DNA of 64,000 nucleotides from the human T2T-CHM13v2.0 reference genome, Homo sapiens. Shown piece after piece: positions 38,072 through 57,427 of the stretch. The notes under the pieces were generated by a model. The model worked only from the letters and a program-made list of their open reading frames with translations. It was not told where the DNA came from and made no database searches. Both the position numbers and the translations under genes were made by a program. The stretch is from assembly GCA_009914755.4 (NCBI GenBank), contig CP086569.2, forward strand, positions 41,408,001 through 41,472,000, read 5' to 3'. Positions within the stretch are counted from its first letter, which is position 1; each line of letters opens with the position of its first letter.

Positions 38072-40174
38072 AGATCCATATTTTTTAAATGAAAAAAAAT
38101 TTCAAAGGTACTCTGCTTGGTACAATAATCAAATGTATAAACTGAGGAATAAAACATAACCATGAAACCTACTTATAACTGCATATGGAAAATACAGAGG
38201 ATAATTTTTTAAATAACATATTTTGAAAGCCTTAACTAGTAATTTGAAGAGTTGGCATTTGAAAGGCCAGTATGAATATACCTTCAAAGCAGCAACACAG
38301 GTTCCCCATGAGAAAAAGCAAACTCAGGGAAAATGAAACCACAAAGGTTCAATCTCTTCTGACCTTTGAAAGACACAGCACAGACAGTGGTCCTTAGGAC
38401 GAAGAGCAGGAGACCCCTAATTCCGTCACCATGGCGATAGGGCATAAACATTGCTGGGTGAGGGCACAATCCACATTGTGAGGTCCAACTGCTGCCAGGA
38501 AGACAGGAGTGCCTTTACATAGACCGAAAGGTCATTGAAGACTCAGAGTTTTGTTTCAAGAACTGAATCCCAAGCCCACACGTTATTAGGCTGCGCTTCT
38601 TAAAACAAGTTATGAGATGGGAAAAAGGGCACCCACAAACATACGTATACATTATGTATATAATAATATACAGTATCATATATATAATATATATAACCTA
38701 TGTATAATATTGTTTTACATCCTGCATCTTATGTTATATATATTGTATAAAATATAATAATTGATAATATATAAGTTTTATATTTATACAATATGACATA
38801 TAGTATATATTATAATTTATGACATATATAATATATGTTATATATCATATATAGAATATATTATACGGTTAATATACGTATTAAATATAAATTATACATT
38901 ATATATATTATATATAATATATCTGTTATATATAATACCCCTTAGGCATAATATATATATTATGTCTATGTTATATATAGTATAAAACAGCACATAATAA
39001 TATGTAATTGTATACATAAAATGCGACAAATAATATATATTATATTTTATGACATATGTAATATATATTATATATTATATATAATACGTTGTATGTATAA
39101 TACCTATATTAAATATATATTATATGACTATGTTATTAATTACATGTCACATGTGTTATATATTATATATTTTACATAGAATATACCGGTTACATACAAT
39201 ATATACTATGTTACCTACAATGTATAATTGATTACATGTAAAATAAGAATGCAATATATTATGTATAATTTATAATATACAATATGTGGAATGTGATATA
39301 TATAACATATAATATATGATATATGATATACAGTATATGATATATAACATACAATATATGATACCTAATATATATGGTATACAATATATATTTTATGATA
39401 TGTATTCTATATGTTTTATATTCTGTTATATATAACTATTTGAAATTATATATAACTGTATAATATTTTATGTAAATATGTAATATAATATATATTACTA
39501 TATAATATATTATATATAACTATATATTATGTTATATATAAATTCATAACATAATTTACATAAAATGTCATAATATAATATATATTATATTATTTCGTAT
39601 TACATTATATATATTACATATCACCCAACATAAGTAACATACATAATATTATAATATAGATTATATTATATTATATTAAATATCATATATATCATGTATC
39701 ATATATTCTAAAATATATATTACACATTATATAATATGTATGTTGTCTATTATGTGATATATATAACTATATATATAATTATATTATTATACATATAACT
39801 AGATAAACATGTACTTCTACATATTTTCATTTATAATGTATAGAATTATATAATCATATATAATTATTTATATTCTAAAAAAATTATATCATTATATAAA
39901 TTATAATATAAAAAATTTATAATATGTACTACAAATATATATATTATATATCATATATGATATAGTACCTTTGTTATATATCATATTACATATAAATGTG
40001 TATTATGATATCTATAATTATATAATTTCATATATAAGATGTATAATATGTATTATATATTGTATATGTTATGTAATATATATAGTATATATAAGATGAC
40101 ACAGGATAAATATTATATACTATGACATATAAAATATATGAGGTTATATGTTACATATAAGGCATAGCACATAA

Positions 40175-40489
<315 letters not shown>

Positions 40490-42592
40490 AGATCCATATT
40501 TTTTAAATGAAAAAAAATTTCAAAGGTACTCTGCTTGGTACAATAATCAAATGTATATACTGAGGAATAAAACATAACCATGAAACATACTTATAACTGC
40601 ATATGGAAATTACAGAGGATAATTTTTTAAATAACATATTTTGAAAGCCTTAACTAGTAATTTGAAGAGTTGGCATTTGAAAGGCCAGTATGAATATACC
40701 TCCAAAGCAGCAACACAGGTTCCCCATGAGAAAAAACAGACTCAGGGAAAATAAAACCACAAAGGTTCAATCTCTTCTGACCTTTGAAAGACACAGCACA
40801 GACAGTGGTCCTTAGGACGAAGAGCAGGAGACCCCTAATTCCGTCACCATGGCGATAGGGCATAAACATTGCTGGGTGAGGGCACAATCCACATTGTGAG
40901 GTCCAACTGCTGCCAGGAAGACAGGAGTGCTTTTACATAGACCGAAAGGTCATTGAAGGCTCAGAGTTTTGTTTCAAGAACTGAATCCCAAGCCCACACG
41001 TTATTAGGCTGCGCTTCTTAAAAGAAGTTATGAGATGGGAAAAAGGGCACCCACAAACATACGTATACATTATGTATATAATAATATACAGTATCATATA
41101 TTTAATATATATAACCTATGTATAATATTGTTTTACATCCTGCATCTTATACTATATATATTGTATAAAATATAATAATTGATAATATATAAGTTTTTTA
41201 TTTATACAATATGACATATAGTATATATTATAATTTATGACATATATATTATATGTTATATATCATATATAGAATATATTATACGGTTAATATACGAATT
41301 ATATATAAATTATATGTTATATACATTATATATAATATATCTGTTATATATAATACCCATTATGCATAATATATATATTATGTCTATGTTATATATAGTA
41401 TAAAACAACATATAATAATATATAATTGTATATATAAAATGTGACATATAATATATATTATATTTTATGACATATGTAATATATATTATATATTATATAT
41501 AATACGTTGTATGTATAATACCTATATTAAATATATATGATATGACTATGTTATTAATTACATGTGACATGTGTTACATATTATATATTTTACATAGAAT
41601 ATACCGGTTACATACAATATATACTATGTTACCTACAATGTATAATTTATTACATGTAAAATAAAGAATGCAATATATTATGTATAATTTATAATATACA
41701 ATATGTGGAATGTGATATATATAACATATAATATATGATATATGATATACAGTATATGATATATAACATACAATATATGATACCTAATATATATGGTATA
41801 CAATATATATTTTATGATATGTATTCTATATGTTTTATATTCTGTTATATATAACTATTTGAAGTTATACATAACTGTATAATATTTTATGTAAATATGT
41901 AATATAATATATAACTATATAATATATTATATATAACTATATATTATGTTATATATACTTTTATAACATAATTTACATAAAATATCATAATATAATATCT
42001 ATTATATTATTTCATATTACATAATATATATTACATATCACCCAATATAAGTAACATACATAATATTATAATATAGATAATATTATGTTATATTAAATAT
42101 CATATATATCATGTATCATGTATTCTATAATATATATTATACATTATATAATATGTATGTTGTCTATTATGTGATATATATAACTATATATATAATTACA
42201 TTATTATACATATAACTAGATAAACATGTAATTCTACATATTTTCATTTATAATATATAGAATTATATAATCATATATAATTATTTATATTCTATAAAAA
42301 ATTATATCATTATATAAATTATAATACATAAAAATTACAATATGTACTAAAAACAGATATATTATATATCATATATGATATAGTACCTTTGTTATATATC
42401 ATAATACATATAAATGTGTATTATGTTATCTATAATTATATAATTTCATATATAAGATGTATAATATATATTATATATTTTATATGTTATGTAATATATA
42501 TAGTATATATAAGATGACACAGGATAAATATTATATACTATGACATATAAAATATATGAGGTTATATGTTACATATAAGGCATAGCACATAA

Positions 42593-42907
<315 letters not shown>

Positions 42908-45035
42908 AGATCCATATTTTTTAAATGAAAAAAAATTTTAAAGGTACTCTGCTTGGTACAACAATCAAATGTATAAACTGAGGAATAAAACATAACCATG
43001 AAACCTACTTATAACTGCATATGGAAAATACAGAGGATAATTTTTTAAATAACATATTTCGAAAGCCTTAACTAGTAATTTGAAGAGTTGGCATTTGAAA
43101 GGCCAGTATGAATATACCTTCAAAGCAGCAACACAGGTTCCCCATGAGAAACAGCAAACTCAGGGAAAATAAAACCACAAAGGTTCAATCTCTTCTGACC
43201 TTTGAAAGACACAGCACAGACAGTGGTCCTTAGGACGAAGAGCAGGAGACCCCTAATTCCGTCACCATGGCGATAGGGCATAAACATTGCTGGGTGAGGG
43301 CACAATCCACATTGAGAGGTCCAACTGCTGCCAGGAAGACAGGAGTGCTTTTACATAGACCGAAAGGTCATTGAAGGCTCAGAGTTTTGTTTCAAGAACT
43401 GAATCCCAAGCCCACACGTTATTAGGCTGCGCTTCTTAAAACAAGTTGTGAGATGGGAAAAAGGGCACCCACAAACATACGTATACATTATGTATATAAT
43501 AATATACAGTATCATATATATAATATATATAACCTATGTATAATATTGTTTTACATCCTGCATCTTATATTATATATATTGTATAAAATATAATAATTGA
43601 TAATATATAAGTTTTATATTTATACAATATGACATATAGTATATATTATAATTTATGACATATATAATATATGTTATATATCATATATAGAATATATTAT
43701 ACGGTTAATATACGTATTAAATATAAATTATACATTATATATATTATATATAATATATCTGTTATATATAATACCCATTATGCATAATATATATATTATG
43801 TCTATGTTATATATAGTATAAAACAACATATAATAATATATAATTGTATATATAAAATGCGACATATAATATATATTATATTTTATGACATATGAAATAT
43901 ATATTATATATTATATATAATACGTTGTATGTATAATACCTATATTAAATATATATTATATGACTATGTTATTAATTACATGTCACATATGTTATATATT
44001 ATATATTTTACATAGAATATACCGGTTACATACAATATATACTATGTTACCTACAATGTATAATTGATTACATGTAAAATAATGAATGCAATATATTATG
44101 TATAATTTATAATATACAATATGTGGAATGTGATATATATAACATATATTATATGATATATGATATACAGTATATGATATATAACATACAATATATGATA
44201 CCTAATATATATGGTATACAATATATATTTTATGATATGTATTCTCTATGTTTTATATTCTGTTATATATAACTATTTGAAATTATATATAACTGTATAA
44301 TATTTTATGTAAATATGTAATATAATATATATAACTATATAATATATTATATATAACTATATATTATGTTATATATACTTTCATAACATAATTTACATAA
44401 AATGTCATAATATAATATATATTATATTATTTCATATTACATAATATATATTACATATCACCCAACATAAGTAACATACATAATATTATATTATAGATTA
44501 TATTATATTATATTAAATATCATATATATCATGTATCATATATTCTAAAATATATATTACACATTATATAATATGTATGTTGTCTATTATGTGATATATA
44601 TAACTATATATATAATTATATTATTATACATATAAATAGATAAACATGTAATTCTACATGTTTTCATTTATAATATATAGAATTATATAATCATATATAA
44701 TTATTTATATTCTATAAAAAATTATATCATTATATAAATTATAATATATAAAAATTATAATATGTACTACGAATATATATATTATATATCATATATGATA
44801 TAGTACCTTTGTTATATATCATAATACATATAAATGTGTATTATGTTATCTATAATTATATAATTTCATATATAAGATGTATAATATGTATTATATATTA
44901 TACATGTTATGTAATATATATAGTATATATAAGATGACACAGGATAAATATTATATACTATGACATATAAAATATATGAGGTTATATGTTACATATAAGG
45001 CATAGCACATAACATGTAATATATATCATATATAA

Positions 45036-45327
45036 TTTTTTTTTAGACAGAGTCTTGTCCTGTTGCACAGGGTGGGTTACAATGGCGCCAACTTTGCTCA
45101 CTGCAACATCTGCCTCACGGGTCCAAGCGATTGTCTTCCCTCAGCCTCCCAGGTAGCTGGGACTACACCACACTGGGACTACACCAGCTGCCACCATGCC
45201 TAGCTAATTTTTTTGAATTTTTAGTAGTGAGAGCGTTTCACTGTATTGGCCAGGATGGTCTTGATCTCTTCACCTTGTGATCCCCTTGCCTTGGCCTCCA
45301 AATTTGCTGGGATTACAGGCCTGAGCC
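45036..45327 (-). mobile_element. Alu SINE copy (antisense), satellite unit 19.
   Basis: Same element. Its variants are 'gggtgggttacaatggcgccaactttg', 'gattgtcttccc' and 'tttttttgaatttttagtagtgagagcg'. Confidence 0.85.
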
Positions 45328-47456
45328 AAGATCCATATTTTTTAAAGGAAAAAAAATTTCAAAGGTACTCTGCTTGGTACAATAATCAAATGTATAAACT
45401 GAGGAATAAAACATAACCATGAAACCTACTTATAACTGCATATGGAAAATACAGAGGATAATTTTTTAAATAACATATTTTGAAAGCCTTAACTAGTAAT
45501 TTGAAGAGTTGGCATTTGAAAGGCCAGTATGAATATACCTTCAAAGCAGCAACACAGGTTCCCCATGAGAAAAAGCAAAGTCAGGGAAAATAAAACCACA
45601 AAGGTTCAATCTCTTCTGACCTTTGAAAGACACAGCACAGACAGTGGTCCTTAGGACGAAGAGCAGGAGACCCCTAATTCCGTCACCATGGCGATAGGGC
45701 ATAAACATTGCTGGGTGAGGGCACAATCCACATTGTGAGGTCCAACTGCTGCCAGGAAGACAGGAGTGCTTTTACATAGACCGAAAGGTCATTGAAGGCT
45801 CAGAGTTTTGTTTCAAGAACTGAATCCCAAGCCCACACGTTATTAGGCTGCGCTTCTTAAAACAACTTATGAGATGGGAAAAAGGGCACCCACAAACATA
45901 TGTATACATTATGTATATAATAATATACAGTATCATATATATAATATATATAACCTATGTATAATATTGTTTTACATCCTGCATCTTATACTATATATAT
46001 TGTATAAAATATAATAATTGATAACATATAAGTTTTATATTTATACATTATGACATATAGTATATATTATAATTTATGACGTATATAATATATGTTATAT
46101 ATCATATATAGAATATATTATACGGTTAATATATGTATTAAATATAAATTATACATTATATATATTATATATAATATATCTGTTATATATAATAAACATT
46201 ATGCATAATATATATATTATGTCTATGTTATATATAGTATAAAACAACATATAATAATATATAATTGTATATATAAAATGCGACATATAATATATATTAT
46301 ATTTTATGACACATGTAATATATATTATATATTATATATAATACGTTGTATGTATAATACCTATATTAAATATATATTATATGACTATGTTATTAATTAC
46401 ATGTCACATATGTTATATATTATATATTTTACATAGAATATACCGGTTACATACAATATATACTATGTTACCTACAATGTATAATTGATTACATGTAAAA
46501 TAATGAATGCAATATATTATGTATAATTTATAATATACAATATGTGGAATGTGATATATATAACATATATTATATGATATATGATATACAGTATATGATA
46601 TATAACATACAATATATGATACCTAATATATATGGTATACAATATATATTTTATGATATGTATTCTCTATGTTTTATATTCTGTTATATATAACTATTTG
46701 AAATTATATATAACTGTATAATATTTTATGTAAATATGTAATATAATATATATAACTATATAATATATTATATATAACTATATATTATGTTATATATACT
46801 TTCATAACATAATTTACATAAAATGTCATAATATAATATATATTATATTATTTCATATTACATAATATATATTACATATCACCCAACATAAGTAACATAC
46901 ATAATATTATATTATAGATTATATTATATTATATTAAATATCATATATATCATGTATCATATATTCTAAAATATATATTACACATTATATAATATGTATG
47001 TTGTCTATTATGTGATATATATAACTGTATATATAATTATATTATTATACATATAACTAGATAAACATGTAATTCTACATGTTTTCATTTATAATATATA
47101 GAATTATATAATCATATATAATTATTTAAATTCTATAAAAAATTATATCATTATATAAATTATAATATATAAAAATTATAATATGTACTACAAATATATA
47201 TATTATATATCATATATGATATAGTACCTTTGTTTTATATCATAATACATATAAATGTGTATTATGTTATGTATAATTATATAATTTCATATATAAGATG
47301 TATAATATGTATTATATATTATACATGTTATGTAATATATATAGTATATATAAGATGACACAGGATAAATATTATATACTATGACATATAAAATATATGA
47401 GGTTATATGTTACATATAAGGCATAGCACATAAGATGTAATATATACCATATATAA

Positions 47457-47748
47457 TTTTTTTTTAGACAGAGTCTTGTCCTGTTGCACAGGGTGGGGTT
47501 CAATGGCGCCAACTTTGCTCACTGCAACATCTGCCTCACGGGTCCAAGCGATTGTCCTCCCTCAGCCTCCCAGGTAGCTGGGACTACACCACACTGGGAC
47601 TACACCAGCTGCCACCATGCCTAGCTAATTTTTTGGATTTTTAGTAGTGACAGCGTTTCACTGTATTGGCCAGGATGGTCTTGATCTCTTCACCTTGTGA
47701 TCCCCTTGCCTTGCCCTCCAAATTTGCTGGGATTACAGGCCTGAGCCA
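47457..47748 (-). mobile_element. Alu SINE copy (antisense), satellite unit 20.
   Basis: Same element. It has the private variants 'ggggttcaatggcgccaactttg' and 'ccttgccctccaaatttg', shared with unit 21. Confidence 0.85.
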
Positions 47749-49876
47749 AGATCCATATTTTTTAAATGAAAAAAAATTTTAAAGGTACTCTGCTTGGTAC
47801 AATAATCAAATGTATAAACTGAGGAATAAAACATAACCATGAAACCTACTTATAACTGCATATGGAAAATACAGAGGATAATTTTTTAAATAACATATTT
47901 CGAAAGCCTTAACTAGTAATTTGAAGAGTTGGCATTTGAAAGGCCAGTATGAATATACCTTCAAAGCAGCAACACAGGTTCCCCATGAGAAACAGCAAAC
48001 TCAGGGAAAATAAAACCACAAAGGTTCAATCTCTTCTGACCTTTGAAAGACACAGCACAGACAGTGGTCCTTAGGACGAAGAGCAGGAGACCCCTAATTC
48101 CGTCACCATGGCGATAGGGCATAAACATTGCTGGGTGAGGGCACAATCCACATTGAGAGGTCCAACTGCTGCCAGGAAGACAGGAGTGCTTTTACATAGA
48201 CCGAAAGGTCATTGAAGGCTCAGAGTTTTGTTTCAAGAACTGAATCCCAAGCCCACACGTTATTACGCTGCGCTTCTTAAAACAAGTTGTGAGATGGGAA
48301 AAAGGGCACCCACAAACATACGTATACATTATGTATATAATAATATACAGTATCATATATATAATATATATAACCTATGTATAATATTGTTTTACATCCT
48401 GCATCTTATATTATATATATTGTATAAAATATAATATTTGATAATATATAAGTTTTATATTTATACAATATGACATATAGTATATATTATAATTTATGAC
48501 ATATATAATATATGTTATATATCATATATAGAATATATTATACGGTTAATATACGTATTAAATATAAATTATACATTATATATATTATATATAATATATC
48601 TGTTATATATAATACCCATTATGCATAATATATATATTATGTCTATGTTATATATAGTATAAAACAACATATAATAATATATAATTGTATATATAAAATG
48701 CGACATATAATATATATTATATTTTATGACATATGTAATATATATTATATATTATATATAATACGTTGTATGTATAATACCTATATTAAATATATATTAT
48801 ATGACTATGTTATTAATTACATGTCACATATGTTATATATTATATATTTTACATAGAATATACCGGTTACATACAATATATACTATGTTACCTACAATGT
48901 ATAATTGATTACATGTAAAATAATGAATGCAATATATTATGTATAATTTATAATATACAATATGTGGAATGTGATATATATAACATATATTATATGATAT
49001 ATGATATACAGTATATGATATATAACATACAATATATGATACCTAATATATATGGTATACAATATATATTTTATGATATGTATTCTCTATGTTTTATATT
49101 CTGTTATATATAACTATTTGAAATTATATATAACTGTATAATATTTTATGTAAATATGTAATATAATATATATAACTATATAATATATTATATATAACTA
49201 TATATTATGTTATATATACTTTCATAACATAATTTACATAAAATGTCATAATATAATATATATTATATTATTTCATATTACATAATATATATTACATATC
49301 ACCCAACATAAGTAACATACATAATATTATATTATAGATTATATTATATTATATTAAATATCATATATATCATGTATCATATATTCTAAAATATATATTA
49401 CACATTATATAATATGTATGTTGTCTATTATGTGATATATATAACTGTATATATAATTATATTATTATACATATAACTAGATAAACATGTAATTCTACAT
49501 GTTTTCATTTATAATATATAGAATTATATAATCATATATAATTATTTATATTCTATAAAAAATTATATCATTATATAAATTATAATATATAAAAATTATA
49601 ATATGTACTACAAATATATATATTATATATCTTATATGATATAGTACCTTTGTTATATATCATAATACATATAAATGTGTATTATGTTATCTATAATTAT
49701 ATAATTTCATATATAAGATGTATAATATGTATTATATATTATACATGTTATGTAATATATATAGTATATATAAGATGACACAGGATAAATATTATATACT
49801 ATGACATATAAAATATATGAGGTTATATGTTACATATAAGGCATAGCACATAACATGTAATATATACCATATATAA

Positions 49877-50168
49877 TTTTTTTTTAGACAGAGTCTTGTC
49901 CTGTTGCAAAGGGTGGGGTTCAATGGCGCCAACTTTGCTCACTGCAACATCTGCCTCACGGGTCCAAGCGATTGTCCTCCCTCAGCCTCCCAGGTAGCTG
50001 GGACTACACCACACTGGGACTACACCAGCTGCCACCATGCCTAGCTAATTTTTTGGATTTTTAGTAGTGACAGCGTTTCACTGTATTGGCCAGGATGGTC
50101 TTGATCTCTTCACCTTGTGATCCCCTTGCCTTGCCCTCCAAATTTGCTGGGATTACAGGCCTGAGCCA
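49877..50168 (-). mobile_element. Alu SINE copy (antisense), satellite unit 21.
   Basis: Near-identical to unit 20. It has 'ggggttcaatgg' and 'ccttgccctcc', plus 'gttgcaaagggtgg'. Confidence 0.85.
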
Positions 50169-52273
50169 AGATCCATATTTTTTAAATGAAAAAAAATTTT
50201 AAAGGTACTCTGCTTGGTACAATAATCAAATGTATAAACTGAGGAATAAAACATAACCATGAAACCTACTTATAACTGCATATGGAAAATACAGAGGATA
50301 ATTTTTTAAATAACATATTTCGAAAGCCTTAACTAGTAATTTGAAGAGTTGGCATTTGAAAGGCCAGTATGAATATACCTTCAAAGCAGCAACACAGGTT
50401 CCCCATGAGAAACAGCAAACTCAGGGAAAATAAAACCACAAAGGTTCAATCTCTTCTGACCTTTGAAAGACACAGCACAGACAGTGGTCCTTAGGACGAA
50501 GAGCAGGAGACCCCTAATTCCGTCACCATGGCGATAGGGCATAAACATTGCTGGGTGAGGGCACAATCCACATTGAGAGGTCCAACTGCTGCCAGGAAGA
50601 CAGGAGTGCTTTTACATAGACCGAAAGGTCATTGAAGGCTCAGAGTTTTGTTTCAAGAACTGAATCCCAAGCCCACACGTTATTAGGCTGCGCTTCTTAA
50701 AACAAGTTGTGAGATGGGAAAAAGGGCACCCACAAACATACGTATACATTATGTATATAATAATATACAGTATCATATATATAATATATATAACCTATGT
50801 ATAATATTGTTTTACATCCTGCATCTTATATTATATATATTGTATAAAATATAATAATTGATAATATATAAGTTTTATATTTATACAATATGACATATAG
50901 TATATATTATAATTTATGACATATATAATATATGTTATATATCATATATAAAATATATTATACGGTTAATATACGTATTAAATATAAATTATACATTATA
51001 TATATTATATATAATATATCTGTTATATATAATACCCATTATGCATAATATATATATTATGTCTATGTTATATATAGTATAATACAACATATAATAATAT
51101 ATAATTGTATATATAAAATGCGACATATAATATATATTATATTTTATGACATATGTAATATATATTATATATTATATATAATACGTTGTATGTATAATAC
51201 CTATATTAAATATATATTATATGACTATGTTATTAATTACATGTCACATATGTTATATATTATATATTTTACATAGAATATACCGGTTACATACAATATA
51301 TACTATGTTACCTACAATGTATAATTGATTACATGTAAAATAATGAATGCAATATATTATGTATAATTTATAATATACAATATGTGGAATGTGATATATA
51401 TAACATATATTATATGATATATGATATACAGTATATGATATATAACATACAATATATGATACCTAATATATATGGTATACAATATATGTTTTATGATATG
51501 TATTCTCTATGTTTTATATTCTGTTATATATAACTATTTGAAATTATATATAACTGTATAATATTTTATGTAAATATGTAATATAATATATATAACTATA
51601 TAATATATTATATATAACTATATATTATGTTATATATACTTTCATAACATAATTTACATAAAATGTCATAATATAATATATATTATATTATTTCATATTA
51701 CATAATATATATTACATATCACCCAACATAAGTAACATACATAATATTATATTATAGATTATATTATGTTATATTAAATATCATATATATCATGTATCAT
51801 ATATTCTAAAATATATATTACACATTATATAATATGTATTTTGTCTATTATGTGATATATATAACTATATATATAATTATATTATTATACATATAACTAG
51901 ATAAACATGTAATTCTACATGTTTTCATTTATAATATATAGAATTATATAATCATATATAATTATTTATATTCTATAAAAAATTATATCATTATATAAAT
52001 TATAATATATAAAAATTATAATATGTACTACAAATATATATATTATATATCATATATGATATAGTACCTTTGTTATATATCATAATACATATAAATGTGT
52101 ATTATGTTATCTATAATTATATAATTTCATATATAAGATATATAATATGTATTATATATTATACATGTTATGTAATATATATAGTATATATAAGATGACA
52201 CAGGATAAATATTATATACTATGACATATAAAATATATGAGGTTATATGTTACATATAAGGCATAGCACATAA

Positions 52274-52588
<315 letters not shown>

Positions 52589-54716
52589 AGATCCATATTT
52601 TATAAATGAAAAAAAATTTCAAAGGTACTCTGCTTGGTACAATAATCAAATGTATAAACTGAGGAATAAAACATAACCATGAAACCTACTTATAACTGCA
52701 TATGGAAAATACAGAGGATAATTTTTTAAATAACATATTTTGAAAGCCTTAACTAGTAATTTGAAAAGTTGGCATTTGAAAGGCCTGTATGAATATACCT
52801 TCAAAGCAGCAACACAGGTTCCCCATGAGAAAAAGCAAACTCAGGGAAAATGAAACCACAACGGTTCAATCTCTTCTGACCTTTGAAAGACACAGCACAG
52901 ACAGTGGTCCTTAGGACGAAGAGCAGGAGACCCCTAATTCCGTCACCATGGCGATAGGGCATAAACATTGCTGGGTGAGGGCACAATCCACATTGTGAGG
53001 TCCAACTGCTGCCAGGAAGACAGGAGTGCTTTTACATAGACCGAAAGGTCATTGAAGGCTCAGAGTTTTGTTTCAAGAACTGAATCCCAAGCCCACACGT
53101 TATTAGGCTGCGCTTCTTAAAACAAGTTATGAGATGGGAAAAAGGGCACCCACAAACATACGTATACATTATGTATATAATAATATAGAGTATCATATAT
53201 ATAATATATATAACCTATGTATAATATTGTTTTACATCCTGCATCTTATATTATATATATTGTATAAAATATAATAATTGATAATATATAAGTTTTATAT
53301 TTATACATTAAGACATATACTATATATTATAATTTATGACGTATATAATATATGTTATATATCATATACAGAATATATTATACGGTTAATATATGTATTA
53401 AATATAAATTATACATTATATATATTATATATAGTATATCTGCTATATATAATACCCATTATGCATAATATATATATTATGTCTATGTTATATATAGTAT
53501 AAAACAACACATAATAATATATAATTGTAGATATAAAATGCGACATAAAATATATATTATATTTTATGACATATATAATATATATTATATATTATATATA
53601 ATACGTTGTATGTATAATGCCTATATTAAATATATATTATATGACTATGTTATTAATTACATGTCACATGTGTTATATATTATATATTTTACATAGAATA
53701 TACCGGTTACATACAATATATACTATGTTACCTACAATGTATAATTGATTACATGTAAAATAAAGAATGCAATATATTATGTATAATTTATAATATACAA
53801 TATGTGGAATGTGATATATATAACATATATTATATGATATATGATATACAGTATATGATATATAACATACAATATATGATACCTAATATATATGGTATAC
53901 AATATATATTTTATGATATGTATTCTATATGTTATATATTCTGTTATTTATAACTATTTGAAATTATATATAACTGTATAATATTTTAGGTAAATATGTA
54001 ATATACTATATATAACTATATAATATATTATATATAACTATATATTATGTTATATATACTTTTATAACATAATTTACATAAAATATCATAATATAATATA
54101 TATTATATTATTTCATATTACATAATATATATTACATATCACCCAATATAAGTAACATACATAATATTATAATATAGATTATATTATGTTATATTAAATA
54201 TCATATATATCATGTATCATATATTCTATAATATATATGATACATTATATAATATGTATGTTGTCTATTATGTGATATATATAACTATATATATAATTAT
54301 ATTATTATACATATTACTAGATAAACATGTAATTCTACATATTTTCATTTATAATATATAGAATTATATAATCATATATAATTATTTATATTCTATAAAA
54401 AATTATATCATTATATAAATTATAATATATAAAAATTATAATATGTACTACAAATATATATATTATATATCATATATGATATAGTACCTTTGTTATATAT
54501 CATAATACATATAAATGTGTATTATGTTATCTATAATTATATAATTTCATATATAAGATGTATAATATGTATTATATATTATACATGTTATGTAATATAT
54601 ATGGTATATATAAGATGACACAGGATAAATATTATATACTATGACATATAAAATATATGAGGTTATATGTTACATATAAGGCATAGCACATAACATGTAA
54701 TATATATCATATATAA

Positions 54717-55008
54717 TTTTTTTTTAGACAGAGTCTTGTCCTGTTGCACAGGGTGGGGTACAATGGCGCCAACTTTGCTCACTGCAACATCTGCCTCATG
54801 GGTCCAAGCGATTGTCCTCCCTCAGCCTCCCAGGTAGCTGGGACTACACCACACTGGGACTACACCAGCTGCCACCATGCCTAGCTAATTTTTTGGATTT
54901 TTAGTAGTGACAGCGTTTCACTGTATTGGCCAGGATGGTCTTGATCTCTTCACCTTGTGATCCCCTTGCCTTGGCCTCCAAATTTGCTTGGATTACAGGC
55001 CTGAGCCA
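54717..55008 (-). mobile_element. Alu SINE copy (antisense), satellite unit 23.
   Basis: Same element. Its variants are 'gccaactttgctc', 'cctcatgggtcc' and 'tttgcttggattacagg'. Confidence 0.85.
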
Positions 55009-57112
55009 AGATCCATATTTTTAAATGAAAAAAAATTTCAAAGGTACTCTGCTTGGTACAATAATCAAATGTATAAACTGAGGAATAAAACATAACCATG
55101 AAACCTACTTATAACTGCATATGGAAAATACAGAGGATAATTTTTTAAATAACATATTTTGAAAGCCTTAACTAGTAATTTGAAGAGTTGGCATTTGAAA
55201 GGCCAGTATGAATATACCTTCAAAGCAGCAACACAGGTTCCCCATGAGAAAAAGCAAAGTCAGGGAAAATAAAACCACAAAGGTTCAATCTCTTCTGACC
55301 TTTGAAAGACACAGCACAGACAGTGGTCCTTAGGACGAAGAGCAGGAGACCCCTAATTCCGTCACCATGGCGATAGGGCATGAACATTGCTGGGTGAGGG
55401 CACAATCCACATTGTGAGGTCCAACTGCTGCCAGGAAGACAGGAGTGCTTTTACATAGACCAAAAGGTCATTGAAGGCTCAGAGTTTTGTTTCAAGAACT
55501 GAATCCCAAGCCCACACGTTATTAGGCTGCGCTTCCTAAAACAAGTTGTGAGATGGGAAAAACGGCACCCACAAACATACGTATACATTATGTATATAAT
55601 AATATACAGTATCATATATATAATATATATAACCTATGTATAATATTGTTTTACATCCTGCATCTTATATTATATATATTGTATAAAATATAATAATTGA
55701 TAATATATAAATTTTTTATTTATACAATATGACATATAGTATATATTATAATTTATGACATATATAATATATGTTATATATCATATATAGAATATATTAT
55801 ACGGTTAATATACGTATTAAATATAAATTATACATTATATATATTATATATAATATATCTGTTATATATAATACCCATTATGCATAATATATATATTATG
55901 TCTATGTTATATATAGTATAAAACAACACATAATAATATATAGTTGTATATATAAAATGCGACATAAAATATATATTATATTTTATGACATATGTAATAT
56001 ATATTATATATTATATATAATACGTTGTATGTATAATACCTATATTAAATATATATTATATGACTATGTTATTAATTACATGTCCCATGTGTTATATATT
56101 ATATATTTTACATAGAATATACCGGTTACATACAATATATACTATGTTACCTACAATGTATAATTGATTACATGTAAAATATTGAATGTAATATATTATG
56201 TATAATTTATAATATACAATATGTGGAATGTGATATATATAACATATATTATATGATATATGATATACAGTATATGATATATAACATACAATATATGATA
56301 CCTAATATATACGGTATACAATATATATTTTATGATATGTATTCTCTATGTTTTATATTCTGTTATATATAACTATTTGAAATTATATATAACTGTATAA
56401 TATTTTATGTAAATATGTAATATAATATATATAACTATATAATATATTATATATAACTCTATATTATGTTATATATACTTTTATAACATAATTTACGTAA
56501 AATATCATAATACAATATATATTATATTATTTCATATTACATAATATATATTACATATCACCCAACATAAGTAACATACATAATATTATAATATAGATTA
56601 TATTATGTTATATTAAATATCATATATATCATGTATCATATATTCTATAATATATATTACACATTAAATAATAAGTATTTTGTCTATTATGTGATATATA
56701 TAACTATATATATAATTATATTATTATACATATAACTAGATAAACATGTAATTCTACATATTTTCATTTATAATATATAGAATTATATAATCATATATAA
56801 TTTTTTATATTCTATAAAAAATTATATCATTATATAAATTATAATATATAAAAATTATAATATGTACTACAAATATATATATTATATATCATATATGATA
56901 TAGTACCTTTGTTATATATCATAATACATATAAATGTGTATTATGTTATCTATAATTATATAGTTTCATATATAAGATGTATAATATGTATCATATATTA
57001 TATATGTTATGTAATATATATAGTATATATAAGATGACACAGGATAAATATTATATACTATGACATATAAAATATATGAGGTTATATGTTACATATAAGG
57101 CATAGCACATAA

Positions 57113-57427
<315 letters not shown>
